Positions 1 to 15,330 of a stretch of 64,000 nt of DNA are shown here, piece after piece. Each line of letters opens with the position of its first letter. Position 1 is the first letter of the stretch. The DNA lies in assembly GCF_009914755.1 (NCBI RefSeq), contig NC_060936.1; one strand, written 5' to 3'. Under the pieces are notes generated by a model. The model saw nothing but the letters and a program-made list of their open reading frames with translations. It had not been told where the DNA came from and made no database searches. The stretch comes from the human T2T-CHM13v2.0 reference genome, Homo sapiens. The position numbers were made by a program, and so were the translations under genes.

Positions 1-105
1 TTCACCATGTAGGCCAGGCTGGTCTTGAAGCCCTGGCCTCAAGTGATCTGCCCACCTCGGTCTCCCAAAGTGTTGGCATTACAGGCATGAGCCACCGCTC
101 CTGGC
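1..105 (-). mobile_element. Alu left arm (cut by window edge)
   Basis: Antisense Alu text ...ctcccaaagtgttggcattacaggcatgagccacc. Confidence 0.9.
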
Positions 106-140
106 TTGTTTCTCCACTTTTGAAAGAGACGTGGGTATAC

Positions 141-442
141 TTTTTTTTTTTTTTAAGACAGTCTTAGTCTGTCATCCAGGCTGGAGTGCAGTGGCACAAT
201 CATAGCTCACTGCAGCCTTGATTTCCCAGGCTCAAGTGATCCTCTCACCTCAGCCTTCTGACTAGACGGGACCACAGGTGTGTGCCACTGCATCTGGCTA
301 ATTTTTTAAATTTATTTATTTTTATAGATAAAATAAAAACGCGTGGCCCAGGCTGATCTTGAACTCCTGGCCTCAAGCAATCCCCCCACCTTAGCCTCGC
401 AAAATACGAAGATAGAAGCATGAGACAGTGCACTCACTGGCC
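141..442 (-). mobile_element. AluJ
   Basis: Poly-T then AluJ-type catagctcactgcagccttg, ggctcaagtgatcctc. Confidence 0.9.
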
Positions 443-474
443 TTTAACTAAAAGAAATATACATATTTTATCTA

Positions 475-580
475 CTTTTTTGTGGAAATGAAGTCTGGCT
501 ATGTTGTCCAGGCTGGTCTCAAACTCCTGGCCTCAAGCAATCTTCCTGCCTTGGCCTCCTAAGTTTCTGGGATTATAGGC
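475..580 (-). mobile_element. FLAM / Alu left monomer
   Basis: Single antisense left arm, no right arm. Confidence 0.85.
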
Positions 581-649
581 CAAGAGACATGGGTATAAAA
601 CCTATTACTGTCTGAAGCTCAATGATAAACAGCAACTGACACAGTGCAA

Positions 650-950
650 GGGGCAATAGGGAGTGGTGGGGACTGTGGCAAAATGCAGGATCCCATCTCA
701 AGGGACCACCCACCACTCAGCTCTAGCTGATTATGACCTTGTAGAAATGTAGGTTTAATGTTGCTACAACTTTCAAGTTTTCAAGAAAAGCTAGAAAATT
801 GGAATTTTTTCAGTGTGAAAGCTTCTGATTTTTAAATGTTGGCAAATAAATCAAATTAAAAAAAAAATATCACGTGCGCCAACACTCTGTGAGCCAAACA
901 AAAGAAGTCCGGGGGCTGAATTGTAGATCACATGCAGCCAGTTGTAATCT
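650..950 (-). mobile_element. hAT-Charlie DNA transposon, MER102-like
   Basis: aatagggagtggtggggactgtggcaaa ... gagccaaacaaaag resembles recalled MER102 consensus. Confidence 0.65.
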
Positions 951-1639
951 TGGGTGTAGCTGATGCCTGTGGACCAGAGGAAGCTGCTGGCTTCTCAAGA
1001 GAGAAAGAGCACGACCTTGACCTCCGGCAGAAGCCTCTTTAGTAAGAACGAAGATAAGATAATGCATCCTTGACTTAAAACGCAAGTGCTGGGAGAACTC
1101 AGAGGAAGGGGAGATATTTAGTGCGCGGGACAGGCAGGAGTGCCTGAGAGTGGGCTTTGTCATTAAGAAGAGACATGAAGTGAATTTTATAGGAAGCAAG
1201 GGACAGGTCTGATATCACAGCTACACGTCAAAGGTAGCCAGAGTCCTAGGCTTGTCTAGATGGGGCCATGAAGTGCTTTTTGCTTTGTCTAAAGTTTTTA
1301 AAGATTCTTTTTGGGGGAAGTAAAGATAAAACTCGATTGTGTGATATCGTATACATTTGAGGAATTAACATCAGAATGCATTCATGGTTTCTCTCGGAGA
1401 AGCCAGGTTGCAGGCAATGCTCCACATGTTCAGGGCCGTCCAACTTAATACACCTCTGGAGTGGGCTCAAGCTCTCCTCCTGCTTACTTTCCTTTAAAAA
1501 GAATCAAAATGCCAATTTGAATTCCCCATCTTCAGAGGCAGACCGGGGCACACAATCATGTATAGAAATCCCTCCCCACACACACATCTGTTATACACAT
1601 TGCCACGGTGTACTCTGGTTGTTCAACAATGAGCAGAAT

Positions 1640-1810
1640 TATTTCCTCTCATTACTTGCGATGTCGCTTCAAAACCGCACTCGGAAAAATAAAACCGCTG
1701 AAGGGGTCTCAGCCAATCCAACTGCCTTGCCAGCCCAACTTTCCAAACAGGAGTTGGGGGGGTGGCGGGGGAGGGGGGAGGTGTTGGGGTGCGCTGGGGC
1801 GGAGGTTGGC
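1640..1810. promoter_or_regulatory. Candidate regulatory element (CCAAT, GC box, G-runs)
   Basis: agccaatc 1711-1718, ggggcgga 1796-1803, multiple G4-G7 runs, locally raised CpG. Confidence 0.35.
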
Positions 1811-2052
1811 TGTGTGTGAGGGAACAGAGCCATAGCTGGGATGAATTCCTGTTGCTTTCTGTGTGTCCCATTGCGTGTCTGTGTGAGTGTGGGTCCATGC
1901 ATATGTCTGTACATCTGTCTGTCTGTGTGTCTGTCTGCATGTCTGCATTTTTCTGTCTCTATCTGCCCCGATATCTCTCTGTACTTGTCTGTCTGTGTCT
2001 GTCTTTTTGTCTGTCCCTGTCTCTGTGTGTCTCTGTGTGTGCTGTGTATCTG
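1811..2052. repeat. Degenerate (TG)/(TCTG) low-complexity tract
   Basis: Seen directly. Confidence 0.85.
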
Positions 2053-3019
2053 TTTTAAATAGCACTCACTTACCAAATATTTACACTCTGTAAGTCCTCG
2101 TACGACATGCTTTTTGCACACACAGGCATTCCTATTGAATCTTTACAGTAACCACACAGCAGAAAGTACAATCTTAATTTTACAGATGATTAAACAGAGG
2201 CCTGCTAGTCTATCCATCCATTCATTCAAATATATATTCAGCATCTCTTGAGCGCCAGGCATGGTTCTAGGCACCAGGAAACAGCACTGGAGACACAGAA
2301 ATCCCCTCCTGGCACGGGGCTCACATAAGTGGGGAGAGATACATTATAGATCAGTATACAAATGGATATTATTTCAGAGCTAGCAGGTGGTAAAGCTGGC
2401 ACGTGTTCATAGAACCTGCTAAGGGTGAGGGTTGTCAGCTTGAGCCCTGAGCTAGAATTCAAGACATCTGGGGAGGTAGCACAGCTAGCTTAACTCCTTT
2501 GCAAAAGACACACCTGTGCCAGGTGAAAAGAGGGCCCAGTATTGAGTGTTCAGTTTGAAAGTCACCTTAGTCATTTGCTTGTAGGAATGCTATATTCTTC
2601 AGAGTTTGGGGATCTTGCAAAATGACACCCCTCCAAATGGCTGGGGAGAATGAAATAGGTGAGTACCCACTTTGTACTTATTTCTGCAGGGGCAGTGGCT
2701 GTGGGGATTGGAGATGCAGACCTCTCTTTTTCTGTCCTGAATTATGTCCAGGTGCCCATGTGAGAAGGCAGGGGTCTGGGCATTGCACATACTTGAGTTG
2801 GAGCATTGGCTCAACTGCATATGGCCTGTGTGTCCTTGGGTGAAGTGATCCAAGAATTGGACTCAAAAGAATACTAACACTCTGCGTGAAGCAGGGAGGC
2901 CTGGAAGAGAAGATTTGTTTTCAGTTGAGTCATGCTGAACTGAGCATTCAGTTCTCTTGGGACCTGTTCACACCACAGAATTCCCTTAGCATGGAGAAAA
3001 ACAGTTGTGTGATTCAACA

Positions 3020-3400
3020 TTAAGAAGCTAGTATTTATTGAGCCTTTTTTTTTTAAAGTGCTAGGGACTAGATACTAATTCCTCTATATATGCTGTATCC
3101 CTCTGAGGTCGCTATTATTATTACTATTTTTTTTCTTCAAAAATAGAGATAGGGTCTTGCTGTGTTGTCCAGGTTGCTCTTGAACTCCTGGCCTCAAGCA
3201 ATTCTTTTGCTTCGGCCTCCCAAAATACTGGGATTACAGTGAGCCACCATGCCTGGACTGAGGTAGGTATTATTAAGCCTGTCTTTGAATGGAACAGTTG
3301 AGGTTCAGAATGGCTAAGATGCTTGTCCAAGGCCACACAATCAATGTGGGACATAAACACAGGTTCCTCTGGTTTCATGGACAATACTTGTCACCACAAC
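3020..3400 (-). mobile_element. MIR interrupted by a FLAM (3128-3256)
   Basis: MIR core gaggttcagaatggctaagatgcttgtccaaggccacac; FLAM flanked by ctgaggt...tattatt duplication. Confidence 0.75.
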
Positions 3401-3628
3401 AGTTTCACCTGACCAAGCATATGGGGACTAAGGGGGTGGAGGTGGCTGGATATTGGTAGGAGAAGGGAAGTAAGGTAGGCTAAAAGTTAGGACTACAACC
3501 TTGGGAGAGGTCCTATCTGAACCCCTGAGTGTTCAGAGAAACAGAATGATACCCCTGTGCCATTGAGAGGACACCAAGGGAGAGAAAGAGCTTCAGAGGT
3601 TACCTGGGCATTTCCTTAGAATATGTGA

Positions 3629-3760
3629 GGTTGGGTGCAGTGGCTCACACCTGTAACTCCAGCACTTTGGGAAGCTGAGTGAGTGGATTTTTTGAGCTCA
3701 GGAGGTTGAGACCAGCCTGGGCCACATGGCAAAACCCTGTGTTAAAACAAACAAAAAAAA
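3629..3760 (+). mobile_element. FLAM / Alu left monomer
   Basis: ggttgggtgcagtggctcacacctgtaa ... A-rich tail. Confidence 0.85.
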
Positions 3761-4254
3761 ACTTTCAAAACTTTTTTCTGCCTCCCAGAATGCACCACAA
3801 AACAGTGCCATCTTGTTTTGCTTTTGTAGATTTGGGGATTATGGAGCTGGGTGTAGAATATGGAAACTTGAGCTCAATGAGTTCTGGTATCCTCCGTTTT
3901 CTCCAGAGAACAAACCAAGCAGTGTTGACTTATGTGGATGGATGTGTATTTCTAAGGAAGCAACAGGATTTAGGCACCAATTTATTGCTTAGGTTTAAAG
4001 GTGAGGAAAGGATAACCTCCCCATCCGGCCACTCAAGGTACTTGAGGTAGTGAGCCTCCCAGCCCTGGACGTATGTAAGCAGAGGATACATTATTCCGTG
4101 GAAGGATAAAGGGTCAGACTAAATAATATCTGAAGTTATTTTCAATGCCCAATTCCAAGTTTCTGTGACATTAAGGAGTTGGTTATACTCAGAGCCAATC
4201 AACTGTTTTATGCAGCATGCATTACTTCCTCTGAGGCTTAAACACTTAAGAATC

Positions 4255-4596
<342 letters not shown>

Positions 4597-4669
4597 TCAA
4601 TCATTCCCTCCTCTTTTTTGGTCTAGATTTAGGCACAAAGGTTAGGATATTCAATCATGATTTACAGAC

Positions 4670-4910
4670 ATAGTATAATAGGGTGGTTCTAAGCCTGGGT
4701 TAAAATCATGCTCTACCACTCACTAGCTGGTGACTTTGAGCAAGTGACTAAACCCCTCTGAACTTCCGCCCTTCCTTCTGTAAGACGGGGCTAATAATGA
4801 AACCTACCTCATGGTGTCAATGTCACGGTTGAAGGAGATGCACCGTGTAAAGCAATGATTATGGTGCTCAACACAGCGTAAGAGCTTTATAAATGTTAGC
4901 TTTTATTATT
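4670..4910 (+). mobile_element. MIR
   Basis: cactcactagctggtgactttgagcaagtgactaaacccctctgaac core. Confidence 0.8.
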
Positions 4911-5589
4911 ATTTAACAAGATATTAACTGAAGGCCAATGAAGTATGAAACCAGAGGAATCATGAGTAATATGTAGAAATGGAAAAAATTCTTCTGTTCT
5001 GGAAAAACCTGATCCTCCTACCTGCAAGGACATCCATATGAATGGAGGAAATGCAGGGAAACAGGTACATTCCTCCTCTCAATTTTCAAAAAGTCTTACC
5101 ACGAGGTCACATTTGGATGAAACCCAAGGCTTGGGTGATGTTTGGGCCTTAACTTGATCAGAATCAGCCTTTCCCAACCAGTCTGCACATGCTATTGATA
5201 TATCGTATAGCATTATTTATGACTTGTTGAATACCACAGTCTGCTCAGCCCTTTACAAGAGATGAAGAAGATAAGTTCTGGGCCCTTGTAGGTTTGGGAT
5301 TTAAGTTACTCAGATTGAAAATGCGCTGGCTGAGAAAGGGCTTGGATGCCTGCGGCACGTTGACCCTAAACCCATTTATTCCTCCCATAAAGAAGACAAT
5401 TAAATGAGTGGTTGGGTTTGCATCTTTGCAGAGTTGAACCTTGATATACAAAAAATAATAACAGCATACACTATTACAAATTAATTGAAAAAGAACTCTT
5501 TCTGAACTCTAAACCATGGAGCAGTAAGTCATCTTAAACTATGAAACTGAAGACATTTAGATTTCTTGACCTCCTCTACAAGTCTTTAA

Positions 5590-6099
<510 letters not shown>

Positions 6100-6499
6100 T
6101 GAAATCTTGAAGGTACCTTCATAAGGGAACATTGACTCATCGTCATTCTTTCAAGAAAGAGGATAGATCCTGTAGATCCAATTAAATAAATGCCCGTATG
6201 TTTGTTAGCAATGTGTGAACTTAGCCTCAAGCTGCTCAATTCTGCCCACAGTTGTAGGAAAATCTGACGGGTGTGAAACACTACAGGGCTTATCTCAAAC
6301 GGAAGCTTCCTGTCTTGTGGCTAGTCTGATTCCTCACCCAAGAGAGAAAACTAAAAGTTATCCTGGAGTCTTCATTCACTAATTTTCCTTATATTCATCA
6401 TGTCATGGCACTCCATAGCCTAGACAGCCTTCCATCCATCTATGGCTGCCCCTTCCTCTGCACACCCTGGTCTGGGACACCATTCCCTTTAATTTGTTA

Positions 6500-6608
6500 A
6501 TTAATTTTTGTAGAAATGGGGTCTCACTATGTTGTCCAGTCTGGTCTCAAACTCCTGGCCTCCAGTGATCCTCCTGCCTTGGCCTCCCAAAGTGCTGGGA
6601 TTAAAGGC
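6500..6608 (-). mobile_element. FLAM / Alu left monomer
   Basis: Antisense left arm only. Confidence 0.85.
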
Positions 6609-6972
6609 CCTTTTACTTAAAAGGCAAGAACACCTTCCTAACTAGTCTCCTGCCTTTGCTGCTTTGTTTTACGTGAGAACCTGTTTTTAATCACTCATCC
6701 ATAGTTAATGTCTTATTGTAGTTGAACATAAATGTAGCAAAATGCAAATGTAGGAAGGATACAGCTCCATCACATTTGCACAAAATGAACCCAGCATGTG
6801 CCCAGCACCCAGAAACACAATATTCCCACAATATTCCTCAGCAGCCCTTTCACCCACCTTCTCAGTCATTACCTTCCCTCACCCAAGGATAACCACTATC
6901 TTGACTTCTTACACATGGTTAGAGCTTTACTTGGTTTTGAAGCTTATAGAAAATGGAATCATCCAATATGTA

Positions 6973-7879
<907 letters not shown>

Positions 7880-8287
7880 TACTCTCATGTCTGGTTTCTT
7901 TCTTTCAGCATATCTCGTGTTTGTGAAATTAATCTATGTCACTGCACATAATTGTGGACTGATTAGATTACTCTCAGTGTTGCATTTGACACCCTGTACA
8001 GTATAAGAATAACACAATTTATTTATCTGTTCTGCTATGGCTGGGCATTCGAATTGTTTCCAGTTTTGGGCTTTTTCAAACAGGGCAACTATGGACATTT
8101 GTGTTTGGTGAACATAACACTCCCATTTCTCTTAAGTGTATACCTGAGAGTAGAAGTATTTGCTGTCAGGAAAGGGGTATGTTCAGCTTTAGCAGAAAGT
8201 GCTAAACAATTTTCCAAAATGGTTGGACCAATGTATCCTCCCACCAGAAGCTTATGATATGTCCTAGGTTGTCCATTTATTTGCCAA

Positions 8288-9410
8288 TTATGATATAACA
8301 AAGAAATAAATATTTGATTTTCACCCCCAGTTCCTGCACACAGCTCCTAAACCCGTGGAGCCTCCAGAGGGAGAAGAACGTTTTTGTATGCAAATGTGCT
8401 GGCTGGCAGATAGAAACACCTGGATAGCTACAGGATGGAGGCTGGTGACTGAGGGAAAGGCACAATTCAAGGGTTGGAACTTTCAGCTCCACTCCCTGAC
8501 CCCTAAGGAGGGGAGAGGGGCTGGAGATTGGGCTAATCACCAATGGCCAATGATTTAATCAACAATACCTCCATAAAAACCTTCTAAATAATGGAGTTCA
8601 GAGAGCTTTCCTGTTGGTGAACACATGGAGGTGTGCTGGGAGGGTGATTCACCCAGAGATGGCAGGTGTATTAGTCTGTTCTCATGCTGCTAATAAAGAT
8701 GTACCAGAGAGCAGGTAATTTATAAAAGAAAGAGGTTTAATGGACTCACAGTTCCACATGGCTGGGGAGGCCTCAAAATCACGGCAGAAGGCAAAGGAGA
8801 AGCAAAGGCATGTCTTACATGGCAGCAGACAAGAGGGCTTGTGCAGGGGAACTCCCATTTATACAACCATCAGATCTCATGAGACTTAGTCACTATTGTG
8901 AAAACAGCATGGAAAAGACCCGCCCCCATCATTCAATTACCTCCCATCAGGTCCCTCCTATGATACATGGGAATTATGGGAGATACAATTCAAGATGAAA
9001 TTTGGGTGGGGACACAGCTAAACCATAGCAGCATGGAAGCTCCATGCCCCCTCTCCCCTCCCACACTTTATCCTATCCATCTCTTCCATTTGCATCCTGA
9101 GTTGCTCCTGAAGCCATCCTAGCAAAATATTGAACCTGAGGTGGGAGGTTTTGGGAACCTCTGATGTGTAGCCATGTTGGACAGCAAGATGGATTAGCTG
9201 GGAACCAAAGAGTTGTGACTGGTATCTAATGTGAGGGTGGTCTTGGAGGACTGAGCTCTCAAATGCGTGGAGTCTGACACTAATTTGGGGTAGTTAGTTG
9301 ACAGAACTGAACTGAATTGCAGGACATCTAGTTGGTATCTGGAGAGGTGGAGATTTAGTTGGTGTGAGGAAAATCCACACACATTTGGTGTCAGAAGAGC
9401 TGCGAATTAG
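8288..9410 (+). mobile_element. MER21-family LTR, split by THE1
   Basis: gggttggaactttcagc, caccaatggccaatgatttaatcaa; resumes gcatggaagc at 9031. Confidence 0.8.
8667..9030 (-). mobile_element. THE1 (B/C) MaLR solo LTR
   Basis: tgtattagtc ... aaccatagca, 364 bp; 5-bp TSD gcagg/gcatg. Confidence 0.9.
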
Positions 9411-9539
9411 AACAGTTCACCAACGCCTGATGTTATCAGATTTTATTTTTCATTTTCACCATTATGATGAATGTCTCACCTTTACTTTTGGCTCCTCTAA
9501 TCCCTTCACTCAAAGAGCCACAATGAACGGAAAAAAATG

Positions 9540-9860
9540 CAGGTCCAATCATGTCACTTCCTTATTAAAAACAGACACTTTATATGCCCTTAAGATACAG
9601 TACAGCCCATTAAGAAAGCCCTGGCTTCAGCCTCTTCTCCAATTCATCTTTTGTAACTTCGCTTCTTGCTTGTTTTACTACAAAATACTTAGATTTCTTT
9701 AAAATCCTTGAAGATGCAGCTAGATCTTTGAAATGCTGTTCCTTTTGCCTGGAACCCTCTGCCCTGCTCCTTCCTTCATAATGAACTTCTGATCGTCTTT
9801 CAGATCTTGTCCTAAAAGATGCCTCTTCAATAGGATTTTAACTGACCTCTCACACTGGCT
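9540..9860 (+). mobile_element. L2 fragment
   Basis: atcatgtcacttcc, tgctgttccttttgcctggaa. Confidence 0.6.
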
Positions 9861-9867
9861 TGAATTG

Positions 9868-10070
9868 AGAGTTGACAAACTATTTCCTGTCAACCCAATT
9901 TGGCCAATTGACTGTTTTTGTCAATAAAGTTTTATCGAAACACAACTATGCCCACTCATTTACGTGTTCCCTAATGGCAGAGTTGAGTAGTTGAGACAGA
10001 CAATATATGGCTGAGAAAACTTAGAAAAAATACTCTCTGGCCCTTTGAAGAAAGAGTTTGCCAGTCCCTG
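9868..10070. mobile_element. MER58A-like hAT-Charlie
   Basis: aataaagttttatcgaaacaca ... ctggccctttgaagaaagagtttgccagtccctg. Confidence 0.8.
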
Positions 10071-10284
10071 GGGTTAGATCACCCAGTTTATATGCTCCAT
10101 CAGCAACTTGTCCTTTAAAGACCTTCATGATAGATTCTATTTAACGTCTCTCTTCCTTCCTGGAACTTGGGTTCCATGAAAGTAGGGACTTGCCTTTTTC
10201 TCTGCTATAACCTTATCTGGCAAGCGTGGTAAACATACAATAATTTTTTATGAATAAATCAATTAATAAACCATTATTCATTCC

Positions 10285-10760
10285 TAAGGCAGATATGACT
10301 AGCTGCCTTATCAGTATCTTTTCTCCTCTATTTCCTTAGAAATAGGGCTCAAGTTTTTTGTGAGTGCCAATTTAAAAAAAAACATGTTTTTAAGCTTTCC
10401 TTGCAGCTAAATTTGTTATATGACTAAGTTTTGGCTATTGATAAGTGTGTGATGTCTGAAAAGACTGGTTAAGAGAGTTGATTCAGGACTTTTATCCTCT
10501 CCTCTCCCTGATTTCTGCACCTGGAATCTGGAACGTATATGTAATGACTGGAGTTCCAGCAGCCATCTTATCCTAGGCAGTGACCCAAGGGTAGAGGGAA
10601 AAGATGGAAGGAGCCTGACTCTGCCTCCCTGAAAAGTTGATAGAATTGTCCTGTTTTTGATTATCCACTTCAGGGATTCTTTTATGACAGAAAAAGTGAA
10701 ATCCTGAATGTAAACATTAAAAGCCACTGTAGTTGGGCTTAAATTTCTAACCAATATAAT
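10285..10760 (+). mobile_element. Old ERVL/MaLR LTR (MLT1I/J-like)
   Basis: ccttgcagcta ... tgactaagttttggcta; cagcagccatctt. Confidence 0.55.
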
Positions 10761-11368
10761 TGGTTAGAAAGGTATCCCTCTCTCCCTTCTCCCTACCCTC
10801 CCCAACCCCACTTGGACTTCTCCCTTTGGTAAGACCAACCCAAACATGTGCTACCTGTTGTAATAATTTGCCAGGCTACCATCTTGGTCTGATACTGCAG
10901 TTGAGCTCTGATGTTGCGATTCACCTCTGTCCAACAAACTGCTGGCCATTTGCCTTCATTTTCTTAATCTCATTTAAAACTTCAGTGTTTAACACCTGGC
11001 CTCTCCCTGTCTTCTGGAACACTCATAGCTTAAAGAAAGAAGTGTTGTCGCCATTTCCAGAAAGGAAAACAAAACTCTAAACTCTTCTTCCTTTAATCTT
11101 TTCTCCATTTATTTGAGAGAAACTTACTGACCTGTATTACGTGCTAGGCATTGTGATAAGCATAACCTTCAAGGGGCTTACTTCTAATATCCCAAATGAT
11201 CAACCGTTTCTTTTTTTAAAAAATCCAACTATCTATCTATTTATTTATCTATCATCAATTATCTACCTATTTAGTAATCTATCTGTCAAGACATTGCTTT
11301 AGTAAGAGGGACATTTCAAAACAATTATATTTGCAACAAAAAAGTGTAAATGAGAAGATGATTTAATT

Positions 11369-12201
11369 CAGGTATTGACAAACTGGGCCCTGGAAGCCAA
11401 ATTCAGTCCACTACCTTTTTGTAGGGCTCAATAACTAAGAATGGTTTTTATCTTTAAACAACCAAACAAACAAACAAACAAATGAAACGTTTAATGTTCA
11501 AGGGTACATTTGCAGGTTTGTTATACAGGAAAATTCGTTTCACTGAGGTTTGTTGTACAGGTTACTTCATCACCCAGATACTAAGCATAATACCTGATAG
11601 TTATTTTTCTGATCCTCTCCCTCCTCCTGCCCTCCATCCTCAGGCAGTCCCCAGTGTCTGTTGTTCCCCTCTTTGTGTCCATATATTCTTCTTATTTGGC
11701 TCCCACTTAGTTTGGTTTTCTGTTCCTGTGTCAGCTTGCTAAGGATAATGGCCTCTAGCTCCACCCATGTTCCTGCAAAGAACACGATCTCATTCTTTTT
11801 AATGGCTGCATAGTATTCACGTGTATGTGTACCACATTTTCTTTATCCTATCATTGATGGGCATTTAGATTGATTCCATGTTTTTGCTATTGTGACTAGT
11901 GTTGCCGTGAACATAACATGTGCATGTGTCCTTATGGGGTTTTTACCTTTTTAAATACTTGGAAAAAATAATCGAAGGGAAAATAATATTTTGTGACATA
12001 TGAAAATTATATGAAATTTGAATTTTAGTGCCCATAAATAAAGTTTTATTGGAACACAGTCATGGCCACTCATTTACATGTCATCTATTATTGCTTTTGC
12101 TCTACTACAGCAGAGTTGAGTAGCTATGATAGAGACCATAAGGTTTACAAAGCCTAAACTTTTTATTATCTGGCCCTTTACAGGAATAATTTGCTGACCC
12201 C
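11369..12201. mobile_element. MER58B-like hAT-Charlie split by L1
   Basis: Both ends present; ggttttta(t/c)ctt duplicated around the L1. Confidence 0.8.
11456..11937 (-). mobile_element. Older L1PA (about PA13-16) 3' fragment
   Basis: L1 3'UTR and ORF2 end (ORF 11570..11785 FAGTWVELEAIILSKLTQEQKTK); TSD ~11443-11454 and ~11938-11949. Confidence 0.85.
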
Positions 12202-13611
12202 GAATTTAATGGAATCTCTCCTCACTCCCACCCTAGATTGGGTGGCCAAAAAATCACAAGGTTTGGCAAAGACACTGAGACACCGGCTGGTAAGGAACTC
12301 TCATGGTGAATAGGTATTTTCCCCATTATTTGATTTCCCACTTTCAACTTAAAACCCACTAAGAAATAATTCAATGAGATCATCACTTCTAGAACCTTTA
12401 TCTGGAAAAATTCAAGTAATCTCCAAGATGAGATATAATTCTCTCATTGGAGAAGAGAAACGGCCCCAGGAAAAGACTATAGCTCAAGGACATACCTGTT
12501 TTCCCTCCTACTTTCCAATGATTCAGGTAGCTCAAGTAAACCTTTGGCTTCACCAAGGTTGATGAGTTCAACAACAAAGGGAATATCTTATTGCTCAACT
12601 CCAGGTGTGGGGAACTGGAGGAAACCCAGGCTGTCTTCTACGGTGGCCCTGGTGGACGAGTGTTGCAAGCACAGCCGGTATTTGCAAAGTCAAAGTCCCT
12701 GATTATAGCCTCGTTCCAAAGGAACTTGGTGTTTTTCTCTGTAATTGAAGTTAATTTGATTTATATTTACCCTCTAAGGTCAAGGAAACCTGGATCTAAC
12801 ATCAATCCATCTGTTCTTCCCCTAAGTGTTTTCTAATCCCTCTTCAGTGACATAAATTGTCCCCAGTTTCTCCATCCTCCTCTCATCCTTATTTTGTTCC
12901 TGCCACTGAGATAACACTGAGCAAATCTTCATGAGCATATGACACTTTCGATCATCAGGTCTGCCTTAAGTGAAGTCAGCCAAATTCTTCTACTTTTATG
13001 ACTTTTAATATTGTCACTGTCATCATTTTGATAATCATGCTCTAGTAAACACTAGCATATATTTTTAAAAAGAATTTCTTTGCCTAAAATCTGCTAATAT
13101 AAATGAATGGCCTGTCTTAATGAATTAATTGGTTTGGGATGTCAAGTACATGTATCAATAAAGAGAGAACAGGGAAGGGGACGATTTAAGAGGATAGTGG
13201 AGTAAGAAACATTTTATTATTTATTAAAATGGAGTTCTGGGCCCAGGGTTAAAACATAAATATTATACAACATGTGAATTAATTCTCTCTATAAAAGATT
13301 TAAACAATAAAGAAACATATTGAATAACATGTACAGAGATCCCCCCCCCTTGCCTCTACTTCCTCTTCTTTCATGTCATTAGTTGGGTATCTTTGAGCTC
13401 TTGTCTCTGTGATAAATTTTTCCAAGGATTGCTGTCTTATTTTTGTCATGAAAAACAATACTGCTACGTACCTGTTATAAATATGCAAGTAGTTTTGCAG
13501 GATGGATTCCTAGAGGAAGATACACTGAGTCAAAAGATAATACGTTTTACATTTTGATGGAGAACTGCCGATTTGCTTTCCAGAAAGGTGTTTCTAATGG
13601 GAACATCTAAT

Positions 13612-13762
13612 AATTGGGTACCATGCTCAATACCTGGGTGATGAGACCAGCCATACTCCAAACCTCAGCATCAAGCAATATACCCATGGAACAAACTTGC
13701 AGATGTACCCCCTGATTCTGAAATATGAGTTGAAATTATAAAACAAACAAACAAACAAAAAG
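13612..13762 (+). mobile_element. L1PB/L1MA 3' terminus
   Basis: acctgggtgatg ... atgtaccccctg, (AAAC)n tail. Confidence 0.75.
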
Positions 13763-13834
13763 AAATATCCAATAGTTTTTTTTTTTCATGGGCATAAAAG
13801 TACCTGTTTGGCTGGATCTTCACCAATACTGAAT

Positions 13835-14132
13835 TTTTTTTTTGTTTTCATTTTTGTTGTTGTTGTTTGAGAAACAGTCTTACTCTGTCGCCCAGCCTGG
13901 AGGGGTGCGCTCTCAGCCCACCGCAACATCAGCCTCCTGGGTTCCAGTGATTCTCATGCCTCGGCCTCTAGAGTAGCTGAGATTACAGGCATGCACCACC
14001 ATGCCCGGCTAATTTTTGTATATATTTTTGGTAGATACAGGGTTTCACCATAATGCCCAGGCTGGTCTCCAACTCCTGGCCTCGGCCTCCCAAAGTGCTG
14101 GGATTACAGGTGTAAACCACTGCGTCCAGACC
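13835..14132 (-). mobile_element. Alu (Jb/Sz) with small internal deletions
   Basis: Antisense dimer. Confidence 0.9.
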
Positions 14133-14199
14133 TGAATGTTATTAATTTTTTTTAAAAAATTTGCCCCTTGGGCAAAGAAGGATAGCTCATTATTATAAT

Positions 14200-15330
14200 A
14201 TTATTTTTAAAAGTCAAGTTTACTGAAACATATACAACAAAATTTACTCTTTTAAGGATACAGTTTGATGAATTTGACATGTATCCATCACTGCAATCAA
14301 GAAATAGAACAATCCCGTTACCCAAACATGTTCTTTTGTGCTTCTCTGTAATAAATTCCCTCCTCTCACCTCCAGCCCCTGGGCCCCACTGATATGTTTC
14401 CTGTTCTTGTAGATTTAGCTTTCCCAGGATGTAATAGAAATGGAAATTATATATAGTCTTTGGTGTCTGGCTTCTTTCACTTAATACAATGAATGCTTTG
14501 AGATTCTCCATGTTTTTCTATGTGCCAATGGTTTGTTTCTTTTCATTACTGTGTAGTATTCCATTGTATGCATATACCACAATTTGTTTATTCACTCATA
14601 AGTTGATAGACATTTGGGTTGTTTCAATAGTTTGGATTATTGTAAATAATTATGCTATAAATATTCATTTTTAGGTCTTTGTATGAACATATGTTTTCAT
14701 CTCTTCTGGAGATGGAAGAGAAGGAATGAGATTTCTGTCTTATATTTGTTAGTACACAGTTAACTTTATAAAAACTGGCAACTGTTTTCTAAAGTGGCTA
14801 CACCATTTTGCACCCCAACTGTATTGGTTTGCTAGGGCTGCCATAACAAAATACCCAGATTGGGTGACTTAAACAACAGAAATTAATTTTCTCACCATTC
14901 TGGAGGCTGGAAGCCTGAGATCAAGGTATTGGCAGGTTGGTTTCTCCTGAGACCTCCGTCTGTGGTTTGTGGCTGGCTGCCTCTTCCAGTGTCTTCCCAT
15001 CACCTTAGCTCTGTGCATGTCTGCATCCAGATATCCTATTTTTTGAGGACACTAGGTATATCGGATTAGGGTCCATCCATTCTAATGACCTCATTTCAAC
15101 ATGATCACCTCTTTAAAGACCCTATCTCCAAATACATTCATCTTCTCAGGTATTGGGGTTTCGGACTGCAATATACTAATGTAGCGTGGACACAATTCAG
15201 CCCTTAAGACTCATCAGTAAGGTATGAGGGCTTCAATCATTCCACATCCTCGTCCACACTTGGGATTGTCAGTCTTTAATTTTAGCCATTCTAGTAGTGT
15301 GTAGAATTCATTGTTGCTTTAATGTGCCCA
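14200..15330 (-). mobile_element. L1MB/MC 3' fragment split by MLT1B
   Basis: tgtctggcttctttcactta, tagtattccattgtatg. Confidence 0.8.
14820..15209 (-). mobile_element. MLT1B-like MaLR solo LTR
   Basis: tgtattggtttgctagggctgccataacaaaatacc ... gacacaattcagccc, ~390 bp. Confidence 0.85.

Noticed and set aside
14070-14095. Microhomology-flanked small deletions in Alus (also ~34190, ~34420, ~35510)
   Set aside because: Ordinary decay of old Alus.
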